The notes: a model not told the origin generated them from the letters alone. 64,000 nt of DNA from a virus (IMGVR_UViG_3300037454_000078:1-64000), one strand, 5' to 3'; counted from the stretch's first letter, positions 45,721 through 57,509 are shown. A program made the numbers and translations.

Positions 45721-46368
45721 ATGAGAAGTGAAGTTTACAACATTGACTGTATGGAGTACATGAAAACTCTACCAGACAAGTATTTCGACCTTTGCATAGC
45801 AGACCCTCCATTTGGGATAAGTTATGCAAGAGGTAAGAATGGTTGGGGTGTATGCGACAACCGTCCAGACCTCAAAGATGTGAAGTGGGATAAAGAAATT
45901 CCACAAAAAGAGTTCTTTGATGAACTGCTTAGAGTAAGCGACAAAGTTATCATTTGGGGTGGCAATTACTTTACGCATTTATTGCCAGTATCTAAGTGCT
46001 GGATTGTTTGGGATAAGTGTAATGGCACTACCAACAAAAGCGTGTTTGCTGATGCCGAACTTGCTTGGACTAACATGACAAAGGTGGTTAAGATGTTTCA
46101 TTTGCGTCAGATGGGTTTTATTAGCGATACGAAAGACGGAAAGCGAATCCATCCTACGCAGAAACCCACAGAGTTGTATGAGTGGTTGGTTAAGAACTAT
46201 GCGAAGGACGGAGATACAATTTTCGACCCGATGATGGGTTCACAATCATCACGTATCGCTGCTCATCGACTTGGCTTTGATTATGTAGGCTGCGAACTTG
46301 ATAGGGAATAATTCGACAAAGGAAATGAAAGATTTAAAGCGGAAACTGCACAATTAAGATTATTCTAA
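45721..46368 (+). pseudogene. Amino (m6A/m4C) DNA methyltransferase, beta class, with an in-frame TAA at 46309-46311 removing the last 18 codons
   Basis: DPPF motif IV, HPTQKP, FDPMMGSQSS motif I. The frame continues ELDRE*FDKGNERFKAETAQLRLF to a TAA at 46366-46368, 1 nt before the next gene. Confidence 0.8.
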
Positions 46369-46369
46369 T

Positions 46370-47128
46370 ATGATTGAACCGAATACAATTTATTGTGGCG
46401 ACTGTTTGGACTTGATGCCACAAATCGCAGAAAACAGTGTTGACATGATACTCTGCGACCTGCCATACGGAACTACGTCTTGTAAATGGGATATTGTAAT
46501 ACCATTTGACAAACTTTGGGAACAATACAAACGTATATGCAAGCCTAATGCTGCAATCGTTTTGTTTTGTCAAGGTAATTTTACCATTGATTTAATACTC
46601 TCAAACAAAAGTAATTTCCGCTACAAATTGATATGGAAGAAAAATGTTCCAACAGGAATGTCAAGTGCAAAATATCGTCCAATGAAATACTATGAGGAAA
46701 TATGCATATTCGGAAATGCTAACAGTACATATAATCCACAAATGAAAGACAGAGTTGGAAAAGGTAAAGATTGTTATAGATATGACCACTATTGCGGAAA
46801 TAGCAATCATATACAACTCGGTAAGGTAAAAAAGAAATACGACCCACAGAAGGTTCAGCCGTCAGACGTGCTTGAATTTAATGTAGTACCAAACAGAAAA
46901 GGCAAGCATCATCCAACACAAAAACCTGTCGAACTACTCCGTTACTTAATCCGCACATACACGAACGAAACCGATGTAGTGCTTGATAATACAATGGGTA
47001 GCGGTAGTACAATAGTTGCTGCAATCAGAGAGAATAGGCAGTACATCGGAATAGAGAAAGATGAGCATTACTTTGAGATAGCAAACGAGCGCATCGCAGC
47101 AGAGACTTCGCAACTGTCACTTTTCTAA
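46370..47128 (+). CDS. Amino (m6A/m4C) DNA methyltransferase, beta class
   Basis: ILCDLPYG motif IV, HPTQKPVELL, VLDNTMGSGST motif I, YIGIEKD. Confidence 0.92.
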   Translation: MIEPNTIYCGDCLDLMPQIAENSVDMILCDLPYGTTSCKWDIVIPFDKLWEQYKRICKPNAAIVLFCQGNFTIDLILSNKSNFRYKLIWKKNVPTGMSSAKYRPMKYYEEICIFGNANSTYNPQMKDRVGKGKDCYRYDHYCGNSNHIQLGKVKKKYDPQKVQPSDVLEFNVVPNRKGKHHPTQKPVELLRYLIRTYTNETDVVLDNTMGSGSTIVAAIRENRQYIGIEKDEHYFEIANERIAAETSQLSLF

Positions 47129-47162
47129 CAAACAAATTTATAAATAAACAAACAACAAGGCT

Positions 47163-48934
47163 ATGGATTATAAAAAGAAATACGAAAAAGCAAACACGGT
47201 TCTTGTAAAAATACAAAAAATGATAGACGACAACAACATTGATGCCCTTGACTTTTGCGAGAATGTTTGTCGTTTACTTCGTGAATATAACAATAAAAAA
47301 CTTCAATAAGTATATGGAACTAACTCAAAATAAACGACTATGAAGTTCAGACAAGCAAAGAAAATCTTAAAAAAGTACGCTAAGAAAGCTGCGAATTGTT
47401 TCGGACGGAAATTCAAGACAAGACATTGCAACTACGATAAAGCTTGTACGGTGTACGACAGGCACTTTAAAAGAAGGAAGAAGAATGTAACATCGAGCAC
47501 CATTATGACGTTTTTTATTCCTTGTGTTTAACAACTCAAAACAAACGCTTATGACATACGAAGACATGGTCGAAATATCTGCAAGGATAGACGACGTTAT
47601 AACAGAAAAAGCGCTGACAGTTTCAGAAGCTGTACACGTATTTGTGTTCAACATCACGAAGATGATGTTTTTGCTTGGAGTCAGAGAAGAAGATATAGAC
47701 GACGCGATAGACGCAATCGCGCAAGACATGAAAGACGGATTCAGAAGAATCGCTGACTCTGTCGAGATGATATACGAACAAGACGAAAAGATGGCAAACT
47801 GAACGCTTATGAGAAGAAAGAAGTACAAGGTCGGCGACAGGGTGTTCTACGACGACTACAAGGGCGATGTCGCATCTTCAGTCATCCTCGGAATCGAAGA
47901 GTGCGAGATGGACTCAGACATATATGGAAGACCAGCTAAGAAAGGAAGCAAGGTGAAGTACAGACTGTACATGACTGGAAAATGCACAGCCATCGAGGAC
48001 TACAACTGCCTTCCAGAGAACGACCCTCGCGTCAGGAAGTACAAGGACGGTCGCACGTTCATCGCCTCCAACTTCCGCGAGCAGCTCGTCGAGTGGCTGA
48101 CTGCTCATGGAGCTCACAAGGGCGACCAAGACGTTTCAGAGATTCTGTACGACCTTTCACTTGAATACGAATAAGACATGGACACGACGACATTCAAACA
48201 GAGAACAAAGCGTCCGACTGTCAGTTGGGAAGACGCAGTAAGATTTGCAAACATCAATCAAACCAACAGCTAAGCAATTATGGACAGGGATATTTTAAAG
48301 AGGAATATCGAGCAGGTCATCAAGCAGCCGTGCGTCGCAAGCCCTTGGATGAAAGGATGTACTTCTGTCAAACCTAACGGTCTGTCTGAAGACGGCAAGT
48401 ACATCATGGTCAAGACGCTACCAGACGACACGAGCACGAAGATATTCCTTACCGACAAGTATTGGGAGAAGATTGCTGCTGCTCTTCCATTGAAGTACCA
48501 AGACCATCTCGTCACGCTCCGACACGACGAGGAATGGATAAGCTACTCGTACCTTCCTGTGTTCGACACAGACACGCAAGCCATGTGGGATGATGAGCTC
48601 AAGCACTTCATGGACGCAAAGCAAGAGTGGTGTGACAAGTACGGATGTGACTGAATGTTAAATCAGTTAATAGATGTATAAACTTTGAATATTTCAAATT
48701 ATTATTAGTAAATTTGCAGTGTAAAACGAAAACAGAAGTATTATGGAATTAAAGGTAAAGGCATTCGTAGCAAGGGACAAGAACGGAGAGCTGTATTTCT
48801 ACACGGAGAAGCCGAGGATGAGGGAGGACGGCACGTTTATCGGTGGTGGCGTGGTGTCAGACAGGTCTTTCATGCCTTTCATTGGAAAGGGCAAGGCTTT
48901 TGCATGTAAGATAACCGTCGAGTCGGAGGATTAA
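47163..48934 (+). CDS. Run of small hypothetical genes (47163-47309, 47340-47531, 47524-47802, 47809-48174, 48280-48654, 48743-48934)
   Basis: Co-oriented ORFs; 47163-47309 was found manually. Confidence 0.55.
48684..48716 (+). promoter_or_regulatory. Promoter TTTG-N21-TAAATTTG with palindrome TTTGAATATTTCAA (48684-48697), driving the recombination operon
   Basis: Read directly from the sequence. Confidence 0.75.
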
Positions 48935-48936
48935 GC

Positions 48937-49281
48937 ATGGCATTCTTCGAGAACAGGTTCTATATGGCTGGTGTCGTTGACAGCGACGTCAAGTACGACA
49001 AGACGGTAAACGGTGAGCCGTACGCGTGGTTCGCGCTCTCAATCGAGAACAGCCAAGCCAAGAACAGCACAGAGAGCAACATCCACCAGAATGTCAGCAT
49101 CATGGTGTTCCAGAAGAAACTCATAGACTACATTAAGTCAGTGAATCTGAAGAGAAACGACTTGTGCGTTGTGTTCGGATGGGTGAGCGCGTTCAAGAGA
49201 GAGATAAAGGGAAGGGAGTTCTCTGGAAACGGAATCAACGCGACACAGGTGTTCGCAGTCAAGAGAAAGAACGAAAAATAA
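48937..49281 (+). CDS. Single-stranded DNA-binding protein-like (OB fold)
   Basis: NRFYMAGVVDSDV......GEPYAWFALSIE...LCVVFGWV; adjacent to the exonuclease and annealing genes. Confidence 0.7.
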   Translation: MAFFENRFYMAGVVDSDVKYDKTVNGEPYAWFALSIENSQAKNSTESNIHQNVSIMVFQKKLIDYIKSVNLKRNDLCVVFGWVSAFKREIKGREFSGNGINATQVFAVKRKNEK

Positions 49282-49297
49282 CTTTATTTATTGAGAA

Positions 49298-50287
49298 ATG
49301 GAACAGGATTACAAACAAGACATCATCAACACCAGAAAAGGGTGTCTGGGAGGCTCTGACGCGAGAATGCTACAGGGCATCGCAACGCTGGGAGCAGTTC
49401 CCAAGTCAGCCATGAAGAGACTTGCAGTGTGCAAGGGATTCGTAGAGCAAGAGCAGTTCACGAACCAAGCAATGCAGTTCGGAGACTTCATCGAGAACCA
49501 AGTATTCGAGAGCCTGAAGCTGAGCGACTCGAGATGGGAGTCGAATCCGTGTCTCGTCAGCAAGAAGTACTCTCGCAAGAACGTGCGCATCATAGACCAC
49601 GTCGACTTCTTCTTGCGAGACGACGAAAAGAAGACAATAACAATCGGAGAGTGCAAGGCAACGCGATACAAGTACGAGACGACAAGAAGAGATTACGAAG
49701 AGCAGCTGTGCCACCACTTGCTGATGGGAGAAGAGATTGCGAAGGAACTAGGCAGGTACAAAGTAAGAGTGCTGCTCTGCCACTACTGCACAGACGGTCT
49801 TGACTTGGACAAACCGTTCGAGTTCGACGAGTCCAGACTCACCGTCAAGCCGCTCAGACTCTCAAAAGCAGAGTACGACCTTCCAAAAGCAGTCGACATC
49901 GTCGACGAGTTTCTAGAGACGTTTGACTACTACACTGAGGACGAGTCTATTCCGTACGAGTTTTTGCCAGAGAGCGTCCAAAAAGAGTTCGACGGCATAA
50001 CAGCACTGCTGACGGAAATCAAGCAGCGAGAAGCGACTGTAGACGCCTTCAAGGAGAAACTGTACAGGTTCCTCACAGAGAAGAACATCAAGAGCATCAA
50101 GAACGACTCTTGGAGCATCACTCGCGTCGACCCGACCACGAGCATATCGTTCGACTCCAAGAAGTTCCTGACAGACTACGCAGCAGAACACCCCAAGCTC
50201 TACAAGCGCCTGCGAGCTGAGTACGACAAGACGACCAACAAGAAAGGATACGTGACAATCAAGATTAACAATAATAAAAACGATTAA
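49298..50287 (+). CDS. YqaJ/lambda-exonuclease-family nuclease
   Basis: RKGCLGGSDA, MQFGDFIE, HVDFF and IGECKAT motifs. Confidence 0.8.
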   Translation: MEQDYKQDIINTRKGCLGGSDARMLQGIATLGAVPKSAMKRLAVCKGFVEQEQFTNQAMQFGDFIENQVFESLKLSDSRWESNPCLVSKKYSRKNVRIIDHVDFFLRDDEKKTITIGECKATRYKYETTRRDYEEQLCHHLLMGEEIAKELGRYKVRVLLCHYCTDGLDLDKPFEFDESRLTVKPLRLSKAEYDLPKAVDIVDEFLETFDYYTEDESIPYEFLPESVQKEFDGITALLTEIKQREATVDAFKEKLYRFLTEKNIKSIKNDSWSITRVDPTTSISFDSKKFLTDYAAEHPKLYKRLRAEYDKTTNKKGYVTIKINNNKND

Positions 50288-50292
50288 CGATT

Positions 50293-51132
50293 ATGGACAA
50301 CGAGATTCAGACACTGGAGTCACAAGAATGTGAAGTAATGCAAGTGAACAACGCAGAGACGCTGATGGCTCTGACAAAGGGTGAGATTGACGCACAGATT
50401 GCGACAGCAAAGCAGTATCCGCGTAATCTGGCGCGAGTTCTTAACAACATCGAGACGCTTGCAACGATGGACGAAGACGTCGCTGGAAGCTGCTTCTACA
50501 CGCTCAGACGCCAAGGGAAAGTCATCGAGGGCGCAAGCGTACGCATGGCTGAGATTGTAGCTTCGTCGTGGGGAAATCTCAGAACGCAGGCTAGAATCAT
50601 CGCAAACGACGGTAAGACAATCACTGCGCAGGGCGTGTGTCACGACTTGGAGACAAACACAGCCATCTCTGTCGAAGTGAAGCGCAGAATCACTGACAAG
50701 AACGGCAAGACGTACAACGACGACATGCAAATCATGACTGGCAACGCAGCATGCGCAATCGCTCTCAGAAACGCTGTGTTCAAAGTGGTTCCTGCAGCGC
50801 TCATCAAGAAAGCCATCGACAAAGCAAAGAAAGTGTCTATTGGAGAGTCAATGACTTTGGAAACAAGTCGTGCGAAGATGCTTGATTACTTCAAGACGAT
50901 TGGAGTTGATGAAAAGCAAATCTTTGACTATCTGTCAGTGGAGAAGATTGAAGAGATTGACATCGACATGGTTATCGAGCTTCGTGGTCTTGCGACTGCA
51001 ATCAAAGAAGGCACGACGACTGTGAAAGAAGCGTTCGAGCCGAAAGTAGACCCGAAGAAAGCTCAAGCTGTTGCAGACAAGTTCGCCGACTTCGGCGAAG
51101 GAGACGACGAGAAGAAAGGAGAAAAGAAATGA
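50293..51132 (+). CDS. Putative single-strand annealing/recombination protein
   Basis: EIDAQIATAKQYPRN...CFYTLRRQGKVIEGASVRMAEIVASSWGN; directly follows the YqaJ-type gene. Confidence 0.65.
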   Translation: MDNEIQTLESQECEVMQVNNAETLMALTKGEIDAQIATAKQYPRNLARVLNNIETLATMDEDVAGSCFYTLRRQGKVIEGASVRMAEIVASSWGNLRTQARIIANDGKTITAQGVCHDLETNTAISVEVKRRITDKNGKTYNDDMQIMTGNAACAIALRNAVFKVVPAALIKKAIDKAKKVSIGESMTLETSRAKMLDYFKTIGVDEKQIFDYLSVEKIEEIDIDMVIELRGLATAIKEGTTTVKEAFEPKVDPKKAQAVADKFADFGEGDDEKKGEKK

Positions 51133-51619
51133 GCAAGGGAATTACGTATCTTCACTCGCACAGCACGATAGAGCGAGAAAAGAAACTGCCTAAGCACTTT
51201 GTACTTGTGGATGAGGAGTATGCTGGACTTTTCCAGAAACCTCATCCTTTTGAGTACAAGCGCAAGATGTACATGAAAGTTGACATACTTGATTTTGTCA
51301 ACAACGGTGGAGTATTTAAGAACTTTGAAGAATGAACTGGATAGAAAACAGAATACGCTCGTTGTTCAATTACGGGAAAGAGAGAAAACGTGAACGCAGA
51401 AAGAGAAAGGCTGAGATTCGTGCAGAATTCCTGTATCAGATATGCGAGTACGACAAAAACATCTGGCTCACTTACGACAGCCATCTCATCATGCCAATGT
51501 CTATCATCACTGACTGCACGGACAGCGCAGGGTGCGTAGGCTTTCTGAATGCCATCCGTGATTTGTATGTGCAGCGTGAGATTAAAACAGGAATGACGAT
51601 AAAAGACAACTGTCTATGA
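51129..51619 (+). CDS. Two small hypothetical genes (51129-51335, 51332-51619)
   Basis: ATGA-coupled ORFs. Confidence 0.6.
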
Positions 51620-51879
51620 ATATTTACATTGTAATGGTAGATGATGAGGATAGTTACATTTTGTTGGATTGGCTGAATAAAAAGATGTTTGACTATCGTG
51701 GACTAATTGAAAAAGGTCTTGCAATTGAAGCACCCAAAGGAATGTATAACACAGAAGAAATTTTTAGATTATGAACGGATTAGGTCATTTTGTTATGGGT
51801 TATATTTGTGCATTCCTCACAATTTATCTTATATGCGTCGTATATGATTTTTACAAGGAATTTAAAAAGAAAAAAACAA

Positions 51880-53382
51880 ATGATTATGACACAAGAAGAT
51901 AAAGCAAAAGCATACGACGAGGCTTTGGAAAGAGCAAGAAAGTGGGAAGGAAATCCTGCTGCCGTTGATTACATTTTCCCAAAAATCAAAGAGAGTGAGG
52001 ATGAGAAGATAAGGAAAGAACTTATATCGTTTGTAAGGGGATTTATAGAATGTCACGACAAACCATATGCAGAGCGTGACGAGAAATATGAATCTTGGCT
52101 TGCTTGGCTTGAAAAGCAAGGTGAGCAAAAGCCTAAAGGTAAGTCAGCACTTGAAGCAGTTAAGGAAGAAAAGGTTGATAATCAGAATTGCGTAAAGCCT
52201 GATAAGGTTGAACCAAAGTTCAAGGTTGGTGATTGGGTAGTGAATAAATTTGGTGATGTTTGGCATATAGATAGTTTTGATAAGAAGAACTATCAAGTCT
52301 CTAATGGTAATGAATATAATTACTTTCCGATTTCTAAACAAAATGAAATGCATCTTTGGACTATCCAAGATGCCAAGGATGGTGATGTGCTTGTGATAGA
52401 AAGTGGTAGAAGAAATGATAAGTGCTTATTTATTTTTAAGTGCAGGGCAGACAGGGAAATTCTCGAATATTGTTATTACCGATGCAGTAGCGATACTTTT
52501 TCTACAACAGGTTCTTATATCGGTTATCTTGACAATATTTATCATCCCGCCACCAAAGAACAGCGTTACCTCTTATTCCAAAAGATGGTAGAAGCAGGTT
52601 ATGCATGGGATGATAGACAGTTAAAACTAATAAAGATTGAGCAGAAGCCTGTAAAAGAAATTAAAAGTGAAGAATGGAGGAAAGAACTATCTCTTAGTTT
52701 ACAAATACAAGCATATCTAAATACTGCAAGTGATGAATTGTATGCAAAAGATAAACCTCTTTATTCAGAGAAAAGAATTGAAGATATACATAAGTGCATG
52801 AAGATGTGGACTAAGTTACATAATTTCTATTTCTATAATTATAGTGAGCAGAAGCCTACTTATCATAAGTTTAGAGCAGGTGATGTAATACGTCATATTA
52901 AGCAAGGATTCACTTGTAAGATAGATTCTGTAGACACAGAATACAGAATATCTAAATGTAATCTTGGTAATCATTTACCTTTTGAAGCAGAAGATTACTA
53001 TGAACTTGTAGAGCAGAAGCCTGAGTGGAGTAATGAGTATAAAGGACTATTAGAAGCCCAATATCAACAAGGCTATGAGGATGGTAAGAAAGTACATGTG
53101 AATGTAGAGTGGAGTGAAGAAGATGAGAGTTGCATAAATTATATATTGATAAACTGCATGCACTACGCAGAGGAGTGCGGGCATGTTGAAGAACTGCATA
53201 ATGACGAATTACACAAGCAGGCAAAGGAATGGCTCAAATCCCTCAGACATCAGAACAGATGGAAGCCGAGTGATGAGCAGATGGAAGCGATGGAAGATGC
53301 TATTTGTCACTGTGAGAATGATAAAATGTCGTATACCTCATCAGTTCTTAAAAATCTTCTAGAACAATTAAAGAAATTATAG
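51880..53382 (+). CDS. Mosaic multi-module hypothetical protein (about 500 aa)
   Basis: Modules AKAYDEAL..., SEDEKIRKEL..., KFKVGDWVV...HLWTIQDAKDGDVL..., EWSEEDE..., WKPSDEQMEA, joined at EQKP linkers. Confidence 0.75.
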   Translation: MIMTQEDKAKAYDEALERARKWEGNPAAVDYIFPKIKESEDEKIRKELISFVRGFIECHDKPYAERDEKYESWLAWLEKQGEQKPKGKSALEAVKEEKVDNQNCVKPDKVEPKFKVGDWVVNKFGDVWHIDSFDKKNYQVSNGNEYNYFPISKQNEMHLWTIQDAKDGDVLVIESGRRNDKCLFIFKCRADREILEYCYYRCSSDTFSTTGSYIGYLDNIYHPATKEQRYLLFQKMVEAGYAWDDRQLKLIKIEQKPVKEIKSEEWRKELSLSLQIQAYLNTASDELYAKDKPLYSEKRIEDIHKCMKMWTKLHNFYFYNYSEQKPTYHKFRAGDVIRHIKQGFTCKIDSVDTEYRISKCNLGNHLPFEAEDYYELVEQKPEWSNEYKGLLEAQYQQGYEDGKKVHVNVEWSEEDESCINYILINCMHYAEECGHVEELHNDELHKQAKEWLKSLRHQNRWKPSDEQMEAMEDAICHCENDKMSYTSSVLKNLLEQLKKL

Positions 53383-53384
53383 TT

Positions 53385-56300
53385 ATGAGTAAATCTTATA
53401 CAACTATTGAACAATCCAAGAAACTCATAGAGTTAGGGATTGATGTGAATACTGCGGATATGGTTTATTTGTTAGATATAACAATGCCAAATGGACAATG
53501 CAGACTTCTGCCAAAGGATGATTTTGCCACCACTGATGGTGACAATTTACAAGCATGGAGTCTTTCTGCTTTGTTTGAAATGATGCCTAAAATAGATAAC
53601 TTTTACTATCCATCTATTTACAAAGGAAGTTATGGTTTAATAGCATGTATGTATTCTATTGAAGATAATAAAATTCTCAAAGTATTTCGTGGAGATACAC
53701 CTATCGATGCAGCATTTGAAATGGTTTGTTGGTTGTTAGAAAATAAGAAAATATGAGCAAAGCAGAACAATACATCAAGGACAGCACAAGGAATGACAGC
53801 AATCGCCTTGTGTCGATAGCAGAGAAGGATTATGAGAGGGTTATCTCATATCGTGAATGGCTCACTCCTGATGCTGCCTTAGAAGCAGTCAGGATAGCAA
53901 GGGAAGAGGTGATAGAAAGAGCGTGTGAGTGGCTAAAGAATAATGTTACAGAAAAAGGTGCTTTCAGTGTCTTATCGTTTAAAAAAGAGGATATAGAATC
54001 ATTCAAACAGGCAATGGAAAAAGGAGAATAAAATGAAGAAGTTACTATTATTAGCACTTACAGCCGTGATGATGGCTGGGTGTAAGAATTTCTCTACTCC
54101 TACAGCATATCGCATTGGGGAAAGGTATTATATTGGAGAATGTGAATATGTATTTGGAGGACAGAATTTTACTCATGCAGGAGATTGTAAGTATTGCCAA
54201 GAGCGCAGGGAGAAGGAGTTAAGAGAACTTTTAAGAGAAATTAAAGAGAAATAGATATGAAAGCAAAGGAATTGTTAGACAAGGCACTTGATTTCATCGT
54301 GGAAACACAGGAGGAAAATGACTATATCTGTGAGCAGATGGTAGAAGAATATGTTGATGATTACTGTGTAAATAATTGCCAAAATCTTAATAAGCAGTGC
54401 GTTAAGTTGTTTTTACAAAAAGTTTATAAGAAAGATGAGTAAGGCAGAAGATAGAGCCTGTCAATATACAGGCTATTGTAAAAACCAATCATATAGTGAT
54501 TTCCTAAATGGCTACCACCAAGCAGAGAAAGACCTTGAATTGACTTGGGAAGATATGAGAGAGTTGTATATCATGTTTGCTGAGGTTGATGTTGAAATCG
54601 AACTCTGTAAGGCTGATATTCAGGCAGAAACGCTTGGCTATTATCAAGAAGTATTGAAACGGTTTAAAGATTTGAAAAATGGTACTACAAAACGATGAAT
54701 TTAAAATCCAAGATGACGGCATCTGGATTTCCAAGAAAGCACTGGAAGAATGCCGTGACCACTATTTCAAAGTAGCCGACAAGTTCAAGCCAAAACCAAA
54801 GAGACAAGACTTGGATTTCCGCTGGCCTTTCTATGTAGGTAAGGCTGATGTGTGTATTGACTTATTGAAGCATTTTGAACCGTTGGAATTATAAAAGCAA
54901 AGCGTATGGAAAAACTTAGATTTGGAGACATAAAGAAACTTGACTACAACGACGATACGCCGTTTGAGTATGTTCTTGTGGACTTGCTTTATAAGAAAGT
55001 GATTGACGTGAACTATGTACTTTCTTGCTATACCGATGCACTTGACAAAGAACGCCATATGAATGCAATGCGCTTCATCGAAGCCTGTGTAAACCTGACA
55101 CAGATTCTTGGTGACAATTTCAAGGGTAAGGAAAAGCAGAAAGCCATCAAACGCGCCATCCATACATTTAACCTCAATACAACACTTGTACCACATATAC
55201 ATGATGAAAAATACGGCTATACAAGTGATGATGAAAAGGAGTGGGATGAGTTTTGTGAGCTTATCTACGGTACTGATTTAAAGAAATAAGCATATGAAAA
55301 GTATTAAGGAAAAGGCTCAAGAATGGGCAGATATGTACCCTTCTTGTGGTATGGCTGACAAGTCATTTGAGGCAGGTGCAAACTATGTGCTTGAGCAAAT
55401 TGAGCAGTTGATTTACGAAAAGCATATTGAAGGTAATCTACCATTGTTTGACTTGACACATCTTATTGATAAATTAAAGGAGAAATAACTATGGAACAGA
55501 ATTTAAAGCAATTATTATTGAAAGTTTTAGGAAATCGTTAGAGAAAGGAGGCAAAGATGAAAAATAGAGATAAAATTCTGGAAGAATTGTTGTCTGCTTC
55601 AAGGCAGATGTTTGTTGATGGTAGTTATCCTGTGACTGAGGATGAACTTGTCAAGTATCATAGTTCCTCTTTTGAGTTTGGATTTGCTTGTGGTGCTTTA
55701 TGGATGCGAAAGACCATAGCAGACGAGATAGATATGGATAAGATGATTTGCAAATTCGATAGCCATCCTATCATGCTGCGTACAAATGATGAATTGGATG
55801 CTTATAGAAAAGGCATAGAAGATACATTAAAAACAATAAAAGGAGAATAATTATGGAGGCAAAAGACTGTAAGTGTTCAAAAGAACAGGCAAAGAAAGCA
55901 GTAGAGAAATATAAAACACACTAAAGAAAGGAGAATAGCGTATGACAGACAAAGAGATTTCGTCGTATGCAGAAGATTATGCTTCTAAGTACGAAAACCT
56001 GACCCTTAATGTGGTTCTACAGAGAAGAGAGTTTATCATCAAAAAACAGGCGTTTATCAAAGGCTATAAAAAAGCATTGAGCGACCTTAAACAATTACCA
56101 AAGGAGGAATGTATGACAGATAAAGAAAAGTTAAAAGCAATAAAGGCTGAGATTGAAAAGAAAATAAAAGTGTTATCTCCATTTACACATCAAGGAAGTG
56201 ACACTTGTGGTAAAGTTATAAGACAACTAGAAAGTCTTGTTAGTTTCATTGATTCTCTCCCCGAAGAGCCTGTAAACAGTGTTTGGCATGACTCCAATAA

Positions 56301-56940
56301 AGAACAGCCAAAAAACATGAGTACTGTAGTTGTATGGGATGGCAGTTATGGCGAAGTGCTAACCAATTGTGTTAAGGTAAATCCTGGCAGAATGTGGGCT
56401 TACATGGACGATATGCTCAACAAGAAAGAAGAAGATCCTGTAAGCAATGATTTGGAGGAAGAAATAGAAAGACATATTAAAGAGTGCTTAGATATAAAGT
56501 TCCCGACAACTAACATTAAGATGATTGCGAAGGATGTTGAATATACAGCTCGTAAGTTCTTCGAACTTGGATTAAAAGTGCAGAAAGGAGAAAAGGTATG
56601 ACGGTTAATGCAAAACAGTTAGCGCAATATTTACTTAGACACCCAGATTATGAGGTGCTTATACCTACAAAAAGCGGTGTTTATTATCCAGTTGTTGATG
56701 CACAAGTTGGAGAAAATGTATTCTATTTAATTGGATATACTGGATAATAAAAATGCGACAAATAATAACAGAAAAAGAAGAGGTATGAGTAAAGTACTAC
56801 AATGTCCCCACTTCTACAGTTTAAGTGGAGTTATATATGGATGCTTACTTGGTAGATTTCCGTGCAACTGTGAGGAATGTGACTGCACAGATAAGCGTTA
56901 TGTTGAAGTTACAACCACTACATCAACAACATGTAAATAG
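53385..56940 (+). CDS. Small cassette genes (53385-53756, 53753-54031, 54033-54254 with lipobox-like MMAGC, 54257-54442, 54435-54698, 54679-54894, 54906-55289, 55294-55488, 55557-55850, 55942-56601, 56731-56940)
   Basis: Packed co-oriented ORFs from the track. Confidence 0.6.
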
Positions 56941-57003
56941 TAATAGGAATAATTATTTTAAAGGAGAAGAGGTCTGAAAACTGGGCATCTAACAGAAGCT
57001 ATA

Positions 57004-57198
57004 ATGCACTACAAGCACATTGGAATTGTAGAAATGGCTAACAAAATAGGAATATCAGAATCGTCTATGTCAACACTCATTGCTGGTAGAAGAAATATAA
57101 CTCCTACACTTGCAAAGAAAATTGGAGGTGTGCTTGATATAGACCCGTTAGTAATTATGACAAATAGAATGTGTGAAGAACTACAGAAAGGAGAATAA
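57004..57198 (+). CDS. XRE/HigA-like helix-turn-helix protein
   Basis: EMANKIGISESSMSTLIAGRRNITPTLAKKIGGVL. Confidence 0.75.
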   Translation: MHYKHIGIVEMANKIGISESSMSTLIAGRRNITPTLAKKIGGVLDIDPLVIMTNRMCEELQKGE

Positions 57199-57200
57199 CA

Positions 57201-57509
57201 ATGACAAAAGAAGAAGCAATAAAGTACCTACAGCAGCTCTACCCCAATGGAGGACACTGCTGGCTCGACGAACAGAGAATAGAGGCTATTGGTATGGCTG
57301 TAAACGCTTTGCAAAAAGTTCCTGAGAGTATATGGCATGATGCAAATCAGCAACCTACAATGTACCGAAAGTATCTTATAAGATATTCCGACGGTAGAGT
57401 CAGTGGCTCTTGGGAAAGGCACGATGATGGTTTTATTCCTTGGAAAGATGTAGTAAAAGAACACGGTTTTACGCATTGGTGCTATGTTGAAGATTTAATA
57501 AAACTATAA
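57201..57509 (+). CDS. Hypothetical protein
   Basis: 102 aa, follows an AAAGGAGAATAA junction. Confidence 0.6.
   Translation: MTKEEAIKYLQQLYPNGGHCWLDEQRIEAIGMAVNALQKVPESIWHDANQQPTMYRKYLIRYSDGRVSGSWERHDDGFIPWKDVVKEHGFTHWCYVEDLIKL

Noticed and set aside
45246-47128. Complete Type II restriction-modification system (HNH restriction enzyme plus two methylases)
   Set aside because: The HNH protein is only 155 aa and of the small phage type, with no evident specificity domain; orphan protective methylases are the simpler reading. Not fully excluded.
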